NCBI GenBank assembly: GCA_003345555.1
Contig: PRDJ01000034.1
Span: 1 to 20,896 of the forward strand
Reading direction: 5' to 3'
Origin: Candidatus Thorarchaeota archaeon
Lineage (GTDB): Archaea > Asgardarchaeota > Thorarchaeia > Thorarchaeales > Thorarchaeaceae
DNA length: 20,896 bases
Positions within the stretch are counted from its first letter, which is position 1. Every line of letters starts with the position of its first letter. Shown in pieces: positions 1 through 8,964 of this stretch. Under the pieces are notes generated by a model. The model searched no databases. It was not told where the DNA came from and worked only from the letters and a program-made list of their open reading frames with translations. The translations under genes and the position numbers were made by a program.

Positions 1-1
1 T

Positions 2-2602
2 CTGGAATCAGCTGCCAATGGTGCGGTCCTGGCTTCCACGCTGAATGTGCCTCTTCTCTTCGTCACAACGAGCTCGGTACCCGATGCGACGAGATGGGCG
101 GCAGAGGAGCTCGGTGTAAGCACCGGATTCTTTGTAGATCCAAGCAATATCCACGTTCAAGATGTACTGGATGACCTTCAGGAATTTGCGAATGTCACTA
201 GTCTTGATAGTCCTCAATTAGTTTCGAGTGCTATCCGACAGTATTCAGGACGGAACGATGTTGTCATAACAACGCCAACTGGGTTTGGTGAAGAGGCGTT
301 CGCGCCGGCAGCTCTTTCTGCTGCGGTTCATGGTTGCCCTGTTTTCTCCCTATGTGGTGATGACAACAGTCTCACAACAAGGGCCGAGGAGACGTGGGCT
401 CCTTACCTCATTGGTCCTGATATTGAGATATACATCACAAGCCGGTACACAACGAGAGCTGAGAACGGATGGTATGATGAGAGGATACCGAACATTTACT
501 CTATGAGAGCTTCTGCCCTTGGCTTCAAATCGTTTCTCGAGGACATGGGTGCCTACAACAGTACAGAATCACAGCAAGTAGTCATAATCTCTTCACTCGA
601 TAACATCAAGCCCAGCTTCGATAGGTCACTGCAATCTAATTTCTCCGTTGGGCGTATCCCGACCGATAATCCTGCCCTTGCCTCTGTCATGATATCGAAA
701 GCAGCACTCCATCGCTTTCTGTTCAGTGTAGCAGACTCCGTGGATCAAGCCCTTGTCTCGATGTATGCCTATACGGACGGCGCTGTATATGTCGACAATT
801 TCTACAATGTATACACGATAAAGCAGGTTGAGAACTCTACAGATGCACTTGAGTCCGGGGGGTTCGGAATCGAGAGTCACGTGGGCTACTCCGAGGTTTT
901 TGCTTCACTCGCTGGCCAACCCTCGTTCTGGTCATTGAGCACTCACGGCACTCTCACAAGTTACCCGACGGATCCTCCCCAGAGACCAGATGGGTTGGGC
1001 CTCTTTTCTATGAGGAATCAAGATGCTCCGTATGGTTTCGAAGTCAGCCTTACTGAACGAGACGCAAATCACGATCAGATTGTGAACCCGGTCGCTTTCC
1101 AGCAAGAGATGCTGCATCATGTTGCCAAATCGGCGCTTGACCTTGAAGCCGCTATAACCAACATAGGTTCCCCGATTGTGATCCTCACTGCGTGCCTACT
1201 TGGAGGCACCGGGCTTCCTGAGATGCTGATGAAGCACGGTGCAGTAGCGGTCATGGCTTCTCCAAGAACGGTCTATTTCCAGTCCGCGGGTCTGCTGTCG
1301 GTCTTGATTACCAAGGCTCTAGTTGAAGGCAACACGACTGGTAGTTCCCTTGCCCAGGCATTGCGGGCTGTGTCGTGGGACTACACGAATCCGCTTCCTT
1401 TTGATCCCGCTGACTACGCCAATCAACAGATTCTGTTCGGTGACCCCGAGATTAGGCTATACAACACTGCGACCAATCCTCATGTTCCAGCAATCGACCC
1501 GACGAACAGTTCATTCGGCAGTCATTTGCCTGGTCGAGGCGTGCCCGCGGTGGCGGCGATCGGATCCTCTGGTTATCTGCCTGATTCACTCAACGAGCTC
1601 GGCATAGACAATAATTACTATGAGGTCCTCAACTATAGTGCATTTCTCTCGTTGCTGCCCCTGAGACGCGCTGTTCTTCTAGAACCCGGCTCGCTAGGTG
1701 TGCTCGCAAACAATATGTCTGCAAGTGTCAATCAGCTTGATGAGTATGTCCGCAGCGGCGGTACTCTTGTGCTGTTTGGTGTCTCAGGAAACACGACTTG
1801 GATGCCTTGGTCTGTGGTCGTCCAAGACGGTGCTACCGGGTCTCCCATAGCCATAACTGACACCACCCACCCGCTAGTGTCTCTGCCTAATGTCGTGGGC
1901 AGCTCCACTGGGTATCAAGGTTACTTCAGTTCCTTCTCTGCCAACCTATCCGTAATCGCCACGGATGGTGCGCATCCCGTGATAGTCGCAGGGGTGCTGG
2001 GCGACGGGAAACTGGCTCTTACAACGACGTATCCTGCAGGAGTTGACCGGAATGCAACGATCGAAAACGCTGCGTTGTGGTACGACAAGCCCTCGTTGTA
2101 CCTCGGTAGCACAACAATGAACGAATACGTGATTTGGGCTGGTGACCGCGTCATAATCACATTGCACATTACCGACCTCATCGGCAGAGATGTCGAGAAC
2201 GCGACTGTTCGGGTCTGGCTGAACTCCTCGGAAGTACAAGCACAAGACTCAGGTTATGGAACTTATGTGGTGACTCTGACTGAACAGTGGACCGGAAACA
2301 GGTCTGGCTATTATGACCTTAGGATTGAAGCTATTAAGCCGGGCCTTGATACTATGTCCCGGCTCTTGCTTCGTTACATGTATATTCGTCCTTCGCCTTG
2401 GCTTGCAATCGGTATTGTCGGGGCCATAACGGCTGCTGCCATTGGAGGATTGCTATACATTAGGCACCGACGAGGCGAAAAGCTGCTTCCCGGTAAGCAC
2501 AAGAGTCATCCAAGTCAGAATCGCGAGCAGGAAAGAAGAGAGAAGGAACAACGGAAGAAGGAAGATGAGAAGGTAAATCCCTCCGAGTTCTTTGGGGTTT
2601 AG
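2..2602 (+). CDS. 5'-truncated large membrane-anchored surface protein with a peptidase C25 (gingipain)/caspase-fold-like domain, a GATase-like/Ig-like region and a C-terminal TM helix
   Basis: The frame is open from base 2 (LESAANGAVLASTLNVPLLFV...), so the GTG at 47 is probably internal. Clan CD-like motifs are FWSLSTHG (His codon 944), VILTAC (Cys codon 1193), GAVAVMA and ILFGDP (1436-1447). The TM segment WLAIGIVGAITAAAIGGLLYI (~2399-2461) is followed by a highly charged tail. Confidence 0.75.
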   Translation: MESAANGAVLASTLNVPLLFVTTSSVPDATRWAAEELGVSTGFFVDPSNIHVQDVLDDLQEFANVTSLDSPQLVSSAIRQYSGRNDVVITTPTGFGEEAFAPAALSAAVHGCPVFSLCGDDNSLTTRAEETWAPYLIGPDIEIYITSRYTTRAENGWYDERIPNIYSMRASALGFKSFLEDMGAYNSTESQQVVIISSLDNIKPSFDRSLQSNFSVGRIPTDNPALASVMISKAALHRFLFSVADSVDQALVSMYAYTDGAVYVDNFYNVYTIKQVENSTDALESGGFGIESHVGYSEVFASLAGQPSFWSLSTHGTLTSYPTDPPQRPDGLGLFSMRNQDAPYGFEVSLTERDANHDQIVNPVAFQQEMLHHVAKSALDLEAAITNIGSPIVILTACLLGGTGLPEMLMKHGAVAVMASPRTVYFQSAGLLSVLITKALVEGNTTGSSLAQALRAVSWDYTNPLPFDPADYANQQILFGDPEIRLYNTATNPHVPAIDPTNSSFGSHLPGRGVPAVAAIGSSGYLPDSLNELGIDNNYYEVLNYSAFLSLLPLRRAVLLEPGSLGVLANNMSASVNQLDEYVRSGGTLVLFGVSGNTTWMPWSVVVQDGATGSPIAITDTTHPLVSLPNVVGSSTGYQGYFSSFSANLSVIATDGAHPVIVAGVLGDGKLALTTTYPAGVDRNATIENAALWYDKPSLYLGSTTMNEYVIWAGDRVIITLHITDLIGRDVENATVRVWLNSSEVQAQDSGYGTYVVTLTEQWTGNRSGYYDLRIEAIKPGLDTMSRLLLRYMYIRPSPWLAIGIVGAITAAAIGGLLYIRHRRGEKLLPGKHKSHPSQNREQERREKEQRKKEDEKVNPSEFFGV

Positions 2603-2700
2603 TCAGCAGATTGTGATGACCATGTGCGATTTATGTATCACTAAGGTTTTAAGACCTGTAACGAGACAGACGGGTATTCCGAGGAGCTGAAGAACTAGCG

Positions 2701-3063
2701 ATGTCCAGTCGGGTTGACAAGATTAACAAGACCATCAGGGATTTCGAGACCGTGCCCGGAGTGGAGGGAGCCGCGCTAGTTTCGCTCGATGGTCTCATGA
2801 TTTCTTCTGCGCTTCCTGAAAGCGAACAGGAAAGAGTAGCTGCCATAAGCGCAGCACTACTGTCGTTGGGGGAGAAAGCCACAGCAGAGCTTGACCGGGG
2901 GCAGCTAACCGAGATCTATGTCAAGGGAGACCGGGGCTACACTCTAATGACCTCTGTGGGTGACAGTGCCCTCCTTCTGGTGCTTGCGAAAGCTGATGCA
3001 CAGCTGGGTCTAATCTTTGTCGACATGAGACGCATGGCAGAAAAGCTGATTGAGATTCTATAG
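2701..3063 (+). CDS. Roadblock/LC7 domain protein (MglB-like)
   Basis: 120 aa with the typical pattern VEGAALVSLDGLMISSALP...RVAAISAALLSLGEKATAELDRGQL..IYVKGDRG...LGLIFVDMRR. A TTTTAAG TATA-like box lies at 2647-2653. Confidence 0.92.
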   Translation: MSSRVDKINKTIRDFETVPGVEGAALVSLDGLMISSALPESEQERVAAISAALLSLGEKATAELDRGQLTEIYVKGDRGYTLMTSVGDSALLLVLAKADAQLGLIFVDMRRMAEKLIEIL

Positions 3064-3109
3064 TAGGACAGAGAGTGTCTTTTCCGCCATAAGAGTACTG
3101 AGTTCTTCG

Positions 3110-4342
3110 CTAAATCCTGCGCACAATCTCATCGACTATCGCTCGGGCGACCTCTCTCTTGGTCGCAAGAGGTATCTTCTTGGTGAAGCCCTTCGGTCCG
3201 ACTATCAGCACCTCGTTCGTGTCTGCCCCAAACGCCGCCCCTTTTCTACGTTCGTCATTTCCAATGACTAGATTGCATATGCCGCTGTCTACTCTTGTTC
3301 TGGCCCGCGCATCGAGCTCCTCATCAGTGACTCCTGATTCGACTTTGAACCCAACGATGAAGAGGTCCTTGTGCCGTTTCCGAACCTCTTCTATTATCTT
3401 CGGGGTAGTTACCAGCTGGATAGCGTAAGGCTCTCCGGATGGTCTCTTTCTGTCTTCACGTTTGGCCGGGGCAAAATCGAGTACTGCAGCTGCCGAAATA
3501 AACGCGGTCGCTTTGTAGGCCGCCAACGCATCAAGAACTGCCTGCAGCATTTCCTCAGAGGTCTCTATGTGCTTCACCTCGGCATCATGAGGAACAGGCT
3601 GACTTGTCGGTCCAATAACAAGCGTGACGCTTCCTCCTCTGCCTGTGATTTCACGGGCTATTTCAATACCCATCTTGCCCGTGGAGGGGTTTGTCATGTA
3701 TCTAACTCTGTCAATCCAACCTCGCGTCGGCCCTGCCGTGACGACAAACCGTTTGCCACGCAAGTCGCCGGGACCGAGCATTGCAAGTACATGGTCTACA
3801 ATCTCATCAACTTCGGGTATCTTTGCCTTATCCTCTTCCAGCCTTGGAGCGACCACGCCGACTCCCATTTGCTGCAGTTTGTCGACGTTAGCCCTAACGG
3901 CGGGATGGTCATACATGGACTCATGCATTGCTGGCACGACAAGGACCGGTATATGGGCGCCTATCGCAGAAGAAACCGTAGTAGTGACTGGCGTGTCATC
4001 GATCCCGTTAGCAATCTTGCCAATAGTGTTTGCAGTCGCAGGGGCAACCAAGACCAAGTCAACATGACCTTCGTGTTTGCCGGCCAAGCCAACATGCTCT
4101 ATCTGTCCCGTCAATTCTGTCACGACGGAATTGCCAGTCGCCCATTCAAGCAGATATGGATGGAGAATCTTCTGGGCCATGGGGCTCATGATACAATAGA
4201 TGTCTGCTCCGTGCCTCATCAGGCGCCTCGCAAGAGCCACACATTCAACAGCAGCAACGCTACCGGTAACACAAAGGGCGATTCTGCGCCCTTCTAGCAG
4301 CCTACTCAGTGTGCCCCTGATGAGCTTGGATGTATGTTCCAT
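3110..4342 (-). CDS. coaBC: Bifunctional phosphopantothenoylcysteine decarboxylase/synthetase (CoaBC/Dfp), archaeal type
   Basis: Motifs IALCVTGSVAAV, VLVAPATANTIGKIANGIDD, PAMHESM, VVTAGPT...VRYMTNPSTGKMG, FISAAAVLDF and VGFKVE. Confidence 0.96.
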   Translation of the reverse strand: MEHTSKLIRGTLSRLLEGRRIALCVTGSVAAVECVALARRLMRHGADIYCIMSPMAQKILHPYLLEWATGNSVVTELTGQIEHVGLAGKHEGHVDLVLVAPATANTIGKIANGIDDTPVTTTVSSAIGAHIPVLVVPAMHESMYDHPAVRANVDKLQQMGVGVVAPRLEEDKAKIPEVDEIVDHVLAMLGPGDLRGKRFVVTAGPTRGWIDRVRYMTNPSTGKMGIEIAREITGRGGSVTLVIGPTSQPVPHDAEVKHIETSEEMLQAVLDALAAYKATAFISAAAVLDFAPAKREDRKRPSGEPYAIQLVTTPKIIEEVRKRHKDLFIVGFKVESGVTDEELDARARTRVDSGICNLVIGNDERRKGAAFGADTNEVLIVGPKGFTKKIPLATKREVARAIVDEIVRRI

Positions 4343-4373
4343 TCGACCGCTTCCTGTGAAAACTCATTCTCCA

Positions 4374-4385
4374 TTTGCTCATAAA
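4374..4385 (-). promoter_or_regulatory. Putative TATA-box core of the coaBC promoter (TTTATGAGCAAA on - strand)
   Basis: TTTATG lies about 38-43 nt upstream of the coaBC ATG. An identical 12-mer precedes EF-2 at 13368-13379. Confidence 0.45.
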
Positions 4386-4596
4386 CTGAACGTAGGCAAC
4401 GACGCCTCGAAATCACGCGTGCTAAGCACCGTTTGAGCAAAGAATATATGAGCCATTTGGGACAAAGTTGCCCGCCAACAGTGTGTCTCCCATGTGTTAG
4501 TCCAGACGCAGAGAGCACGCTTGGACCCTCGCGCAGGAACACTATAGGTTGCATTGTGGAGCTTGCATATTCCCTCTAGAACTCAATGGCGGTGCG

Positions 4597-5445
4597 ATGT
4601 ACTTGGCGGACTCCTCTCAAGACCGAGATGTGATTTACGGGAGACTGCCAGCTGAGAAGAGGGCCCGTTTTCAGGCTTATGACCGAACGGTCTCATCACT
4701 GGGGACGCTGACGCAATCAATGTTCATTCTGGACAGCGACAACGAGATCGATACTTTCCAGCGAGACTTCAACGAGTACATGAAGACGAGCGGTCGATGG
4801 GATGATGAATCGGGCAAGCTGCCCTATTACGTTGTGCACATGGGTTACGATGGCGACATGCTTGATGATATGTTCAGGCTAGTGGTTTCGGACGAGGCAA
4901 GTAATTTTGACCCTGCAAAAATGGATGCTAGCATGCTCTACTCGAAGCAGGCAATCTTTCAGCATCTCTATCATATTATAACAAAGAACAAGTTCGTCAT
5001 CTTTCACATTGCTGAATTTCCTTTGGCCTACTATTTCGAGACTGCGGTTGTCGTGGACGTTGAGGATTTGTCAGATGTTATGGATCCGGTCGTTCACGAT
5101 GACACAATAATGCGCTACCTTAACGACCTGAGGGATCAGGGAACGGAAGAGCACCGCAAGACCTACAGTTTCTTCTATAGGATCAGCACTGCACTATTAA
5201 TGGAACTATCCAATGCCTTCTTGGTCGTTCCGACCGCGGGAATGAACAGGCATCTAGTAGTTACGAGTTGGAGAACCCAAACGCTTCTGCTTGGGTTCAG
5301 TCCTCTCACATGGTCTTCGGGCTCGTTTAATGTCTACGACCTTTCAGGACGCGACATTGATGCACGCTGGGCCTATCCTGCTCGTCGGACAGGGGATCCA
5401 CGCATAAAACAGTACACGAGTCTGGTTCCTCTTGAGAGGCCCTAG
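4597..5445 (+). CDS. Hypothetical protein (282 aa), no family recognised
   Basis: Long ORF with globular-protein-like composition filling the gap between coaBC and pok. ATG 4597 is preferred over the ORF-track TTG at 4549. Confidence 0.7.
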   Translation: MYLADSSQDRDVIYGRLPAEKRARFQAYDRTVSSLGTLTQSMFILDSDNEIDTFQRDFNEYMKTSGRWDDESGKLPYYVVHMGYDGDMLDDMFRLVVSDEASNFDPAKMDASMLYSKQAIFQHLYHIITKNKFVIFHIAEFPLAYYFETAVVVDVEDLSDVMDPVVHDDTIMRYLNDLRDQGTEEHRKTYSFFYRISTALLMELSNAFLVVPTAGMNRHLVVTSWRTQTLLLGFSPLTWSSGSFNVYDLSGRDIDARWAYPARRTGDPRIKQYTSLVPLERP

Positions 5446-5488
5446 AGTGTGCTACAAGAGTCGAGTCCTCCATCGTTCCAACGATAAA

Positions 5489-5536
5489 CATATACAATAT
5501 GTATGAGTTCTTTTGTGTATAGTATACACTTATACA
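5489..5536 (+). promoter_or_regulatory. Promoter region of pok-pps-panE with a perfect palindrome GTGTATA-G-TATACAC (5515-5529) next to a TATA-like TTATAC (5530-5535)
   Basis: Read directly from the sequence; five TATACA-type half-sites fall within 5491-5536. Confidence 0.5.
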
Positions 5537-5572
5537 GAGCCTTCTCCTTCCAAACCCGTGAAGCGTGCTCCG

Positions 5573-6493
5573 ATGCCAAAGGCGACGGCCGTCAGAGCAT
5601 TTGTTCCAGGCCACATAACAGGGCTGTTCAGGATTCATGATAGCGCGCCGGACACTCTTCACTGTGGGTCTACGGGTGCGGGCTTCTCTGTGTCGCTGGG
5701 CACCACGACGAGTGTTGGGATTCAAGAAAGCGATTCATTGCGAATAGATGTTGAATACAATGGGGCGCGTATCGACGCTCCGGTAACGACCACGGTCGTG
5801 AGAACAATGGTAGAACAATATGGGGGCGCATTCTCGGTACATGTCCAGCACCAATCCAATCTTCCAATCGGTGTTGGCTTTGGTGCATCTGGCGCAGGTG
5901 CGCTAGGTGCCGCGTTCTCACTTGGAATGACACTTGACCCCGACATGACCCCCACTCAGGCTGCAGGTTTTGCTCATTCTGCCGAGGTAGTCAATCACAC
6001 GGGACTGGGTGATGTAATAGGTCAGTTTGAGGGTGGGGTTGAAATTCGAGTGCTGCCCGGTGCACCGGGCATTGGCAGGATTATCCGTGTACCTTACGAT
6101 AAGTCAATACAAGTTGTACTTGCTGGCGGTCACGGACTCAAAGCGAAAAGAGCGGCGCTAGTAGATGTCACATGGCGCGAAAGGATTAATCGCGTGGCTG
6201 GCAATCTAATTGAAGAAATGAAGGCGAGCCCATCCATTTCGAGATTCATTGATTGTTCACGTCATTTTGCGGAAGCAACCGGTCTCGCAACAGAGCGAGT
6301 CAGGTCAGCACTGAATCGCCTTGACTCGAATGGACTAAACCAGTCAGGCATGGTCATGCTGGGAGACTCGGTGTTCTGCTTCTGCGACAAGGAGAGCACA
6401 TCGGTTGCGACTGAAATTCTCATGCAGGGATGGGATGCTTACGAAATCATGGTCACCACTGTGGCCGCGAAAGGGGGTCGTCTCATCCGATGA
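5573..6493 (+). CDS. pok: Pantoate kinase (GHMP kinase family, archaeal PoK)
   Basis: N-terminal AFVPGHITGLF...GSTGAGFS, GHMP ATP loop LPIGVGFGASGAGALG, AHSAEVVNHTGLGDV and C-terminal MVMLGDSVF. ATG 5573 is chosen as start; the TGA overlaps the next ATG (ATGA). Confidence 0.93.
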   Translation: MPKATAVRAFVPGHITGLFRIHDSAPDTLHCGSTGAGFSVSLGTTTSVGIQESDSLRIDVEYNGARIDAPVTTTVVRTMVEQYGGAFSVHVQHQSNLPIGVGFGASGAGALGAAFSLGMTLDPDMTPTQAAGFAHSAEVVNHTGLGDVIGQFEGGVEIRVLPGAPGIGRIIRVPYDKSIQVVLAGGHGLKAKRAALVDVTWRERINRVAGNLIEEMKASPSISRFIDCSRHFAEATGLATERVRSALNRLDSNGLNQSGMVMLGDSVFCFCDKESTSVATEILMQGWDAYEIMVTTVAAKGGRLIR

Positions 6494-7302
6494 AGAAGAC
6501 AGCAGTTCCACTGGACCATCCACGTAGAGTCTCACTCGAAATCAGGGAACGAGTGATAGAAGGCCACGAGAAACACATCGTAGCTATGGCTGGTCTTCTT
6601 GCCCATGGTAGGGGCGAAGCATTCGATTATCTGATTGGGGAAAAGACCACTGATCAGGCACGAGAATCAGCCCGGGCGGCAGTTGCCGCTCTTCTAGCTG
6701 CAAATCATCCAGTAATCAGTGTCAATGGAAATTCGTGTGCCCTTGCCGCCAAAGAGTTGACAGTTCTTTCCGAGGTTCTTGGTGCTCCTCTCGAGATCAA
6801 TCTGTTCTATTATACTCGAGAACGAGAGGATGCCATTTCCAGGGCCCTGAAGAAGGCCGGCGCCAAGAGAATCTTGGGAACTCACGACCGCCCATCTTCA
6901 ACGATACCGGAGCTAAGCAGTAACCGGAGGAAGGTTGACTCTGAAGGAATAGCGGTGGCCGATGTAGTGCTCGTTCCCCTTGAGGATGGTGATCGAACAG
7001 AAGCCCTGAGGGCATTGGGGAAGCTCGTTGTGGCTATAGATCTCAACCCCCTGAGTCGAACTGCAAGACACGCGAGCATTACTGTTGTCGATAATATCGT
7101 ACGCATTGTGCCACTGATGATTGAGTATGCTCAGGAAATGAAGGACATATCAAAAGAAGAGCTAAAGTCAATAGCCTCCAGTTTCGACAACAGAACCAAC
7201 CTGAGCAACTGTGTTCATATGATGATGAGCCATCTTGAGTCAGAAGCTCATGATTGGGAGGCAGCACGTTCGGTGGCCCAAGAAGGAGGAATCACACGAT
7301 GA
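6490..7302 (+). CDS. pps: Phosphopantothenate synthetase (4-phosphopantoate--beta-alanine ligase)
   Basis: HPRRVSL..RE, GLLAHGRGEAFDYLIGEKT, PVISVNGN, LEINLFY, DVVLVPLEDGDRTEAL and IDLNPLSRT. ATGA overlaps with both pok and panE. Confidence 0.95.
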   Translation: MKKTAVPLDHPRRVSLEIRERVIEGHEKHIVAMAGLLAHGRGEAFDYLIGEKTTDQARESARAAVAALLAANHPVISVNGNSCALAAKELTVLSEVLGAPLEINLFYYTREREDAISRALKKAGAKRILGTHDRPSSTIPELSSNRRKVDSEGIAVADVVLVPLEDGDRTEALRALGKLVVAIDLNPLSRTARHASITVVDNIVRIVPLMIEYAQEMKDISKEELKSIASSFDNRTNLSNCVHMMMSHLESEAHDWEAARSVAQEGGITR

Positions 7303-8288
7303 AGATAGTTATAATGGGCGCAGGTGCAATTGGGAGTCTCTATGGTGGCATGCTTGGTCTTGCTGGCGGATCGGAAGTCATTCTTGTGGGACGCAGACCA
7401 CATGTTGAGGCAATACGCCGCGGCGGTCTGAAGTTCAAAGGTGTGCTAGGGGACCGCGCTGTTCGCTTGAAGGCCATTGATGATCCTCGGCAGATTACTC
7501 AGGCCGACTTTGTGTTCATAACTACCAAGACCTATGATACGCTGACCGCGGCTTCTCGAGTCCGCCATCTAGCTGACAGTGGTGCCTACATTGTCGTTCT
7601 CCAAAATGGCTTGGGCACTGAGAAGGAAGTAGAGAACGCTCTGTCTACAACTCGAGTACTAAGAGCCACGACTTGCATGGGTGCTCTTGTAACTCGTCCG
7701 GGAGAAATCACAGTCACTGGACAGGGCCTAACTGAGATTGGCTCTCATCATGTGGAGAACGTGGATGCTGTTGAGCAGGTCGCAGAACTGCTCAGGCATG
7801 CAGGCTTCGAAGTCAAGACAAGTGACAACATAGACGGAGTTGTGTGGACAAAAACGATAGTCAATTGTGGCGTGAATCCCGTTGGCGCCTTGACAGGCCT
7901 GACAAACGGTGAGGTCTACAGCAACAAGGCTCTGAGAGGGCTTGTCCTTCGTTTGGTTAAGGAGGCAGCCAAAGTCGCCGATGGATTGGGCGTGAAGCTG
8001 ACTACCGACGACCCTGTCCGCTATACACTGGGTACTGCAAAGGCCACCGGAGCAAATGTCAATTCCATGCTTCAAGATATTCGCGCAAGGAAGAAGACTG
8101 AGATTGATTCAATCACAGGAGAAGTCATTCGCCTAGCTCATGAGCTTGGCATCGAGACGCCTGCAAGCGAGGCAGTATGCGCCTTGGTGAAGGCTCTGGA
8201 GTTGCAGTATCTGAGAAGCACGGGATCCCGTGGCGCCGCAGAGAGTACAAGCTTCGATGAAGTCACTGAGGCAACAACTAGCTCCTGA
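7299..8288 (+). CDS. panE: 2-dehydropantoate 2-reductase (ketopantoate reductase)
   Basis: MKIVIMGAGAIG Rossmann motif, TTKTYD, LQNGLG, WTKTIVNCGVNP, SMLQD and TEIDSITG. SD AGGAGGA at 7284-7290; ATGA overlap with pps. Confidence 0.95.
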   Translation: MKIVIMGAGAIGSLYGGMLGLAGGSEVILVGRRPHVEAIRRGGLKFKGVLGDRAVRLKAIDDPRQITQADFVFITTKTYDTLTAASRVRHLADSGAYIVVLQNGLGTEKEVENALSTTRVLRATTCMGALVTRPGEITVTGQGLTEIGSHHVENVDAVEQVAELLRHAGFEVKTSDNIDGVVWTKTIVNCGVNPVGALTGLTNGEVYSNKALRGLVLRLVKEAAKVADGLGVKLTTDDPVRYTLGTAKATGANVNSMLQDIRARKKTEIDSITGEVIRLAHELGIETPASEAVCALVKALELQYLRSTGSRGAAESTSFDEVTEATTSS

Positions 8289-8958
8289 ACAAGGTGCGCG
8301 CCATCTCGAACGATAATCGAGCAGAGTCTTTTGCATCTTCGGTTATCGCCTGCATGTGCCCGGGCAGAGCAATGTCAAAATCAATCTCGGAAATCCTTCT
8401 GAGTGAGTGGACCAACTTGGAAGAGTCTCCCGTCGGGAGATCCACTCGCCCGAAGCTGCCCTCAGCAAACATGGTGTCGCCTGTGATTATTAGGCTAAGA
8501 TCTTCGATGTACAAACAGATACTGCCAATTGAATGACCCGGTGTGTGATACACCTGCAGGCTCACGTCTCCGAAATCCAAAATCTGTCCCTCTTCCAAGG
8601 GGTTATCGATCCTTATCGGAGGTAATTCCGCTCCGACTGAGTCGGCTAGAGTGACTTCTGTGTCTCCAGAGTTGATTCGGTCTGCTTCTTCTCTGTGCAG
8701 ATAAACTCTTGGCGAGGCTGAAGCCAGAATCGGAAACAAGCCTCCCATATGGTCGATATGGCTATGTGTAAGAACGACATCAGTGATTTTCTCCGCCTTG
8801 GTCCCCAGTCTCCTCAAGTCCTGATCTAGCCTCTGTGCGTTGAGGCCTGTTCCTGTATCGACGAGAACATTGCGCGCCCCGCCATCGATGTATATGATGT
8901 TGCTATCGAATGATGTGCTCTCAAGAAAGTGGACCGGACCCACTATTCTCTGGAACAA
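8278..8958 (-). CDS. MBL-fold metallo-hydrolase (glyoxalase II-like)
   Basis: LVDTG, THSHIDHMGG (HxHxDH), HTPGHS, TGDT and LPGH. The TTG start has SD GGTGA overlapping the upstream stop codon. Substrate unknown. Confidence 0.9.
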   Translation of the reverse strand: MFQRIVGPVHFLESTSFDSNIIYIDGGARNVLVDTGTGLNAQRLDQDLRRLGTKAEKITDVVLTHSHIDHMGGLFPILASASPRVYLHREEADRINSGDTEVTLADSVGAELPPIRIDNPLEEGQILDFGDVSLQVYHTPGHSIGSICLYIEDLSLIITGDTMFAEGSFGRVDLPTGDSSKLVHSLRRISEIDFDIALPGHMQAITEDAKDSARLSFEMARTLFRS

Positions 8959-8964
8959 ATCTGT

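Noticed and set aside
3780-3930. CoaC domain has PAMH and lacks the ACGDxG catalytic Cys motif
   Set aside because: To my knowledge this matches the known archaeal CoaBC variant (His and Glu-Glu substitutions), so it is neither a pseudogene nor novel.
3371-4297. 308-aa ORF antisense to coaBC, and the other short overlapping ORFs in the track
   Set aside because: Shadow frames of well-supported genes, with no recognisable motifs or translation signals.
4374-4441. 11-bp interrupted inverted repeat with inner hairpins, suggesting a CoA riboswitch before coaBC
   Set aside because: The best TATA candidate lies inside one arm, so most of the structure is probably not transcribed.
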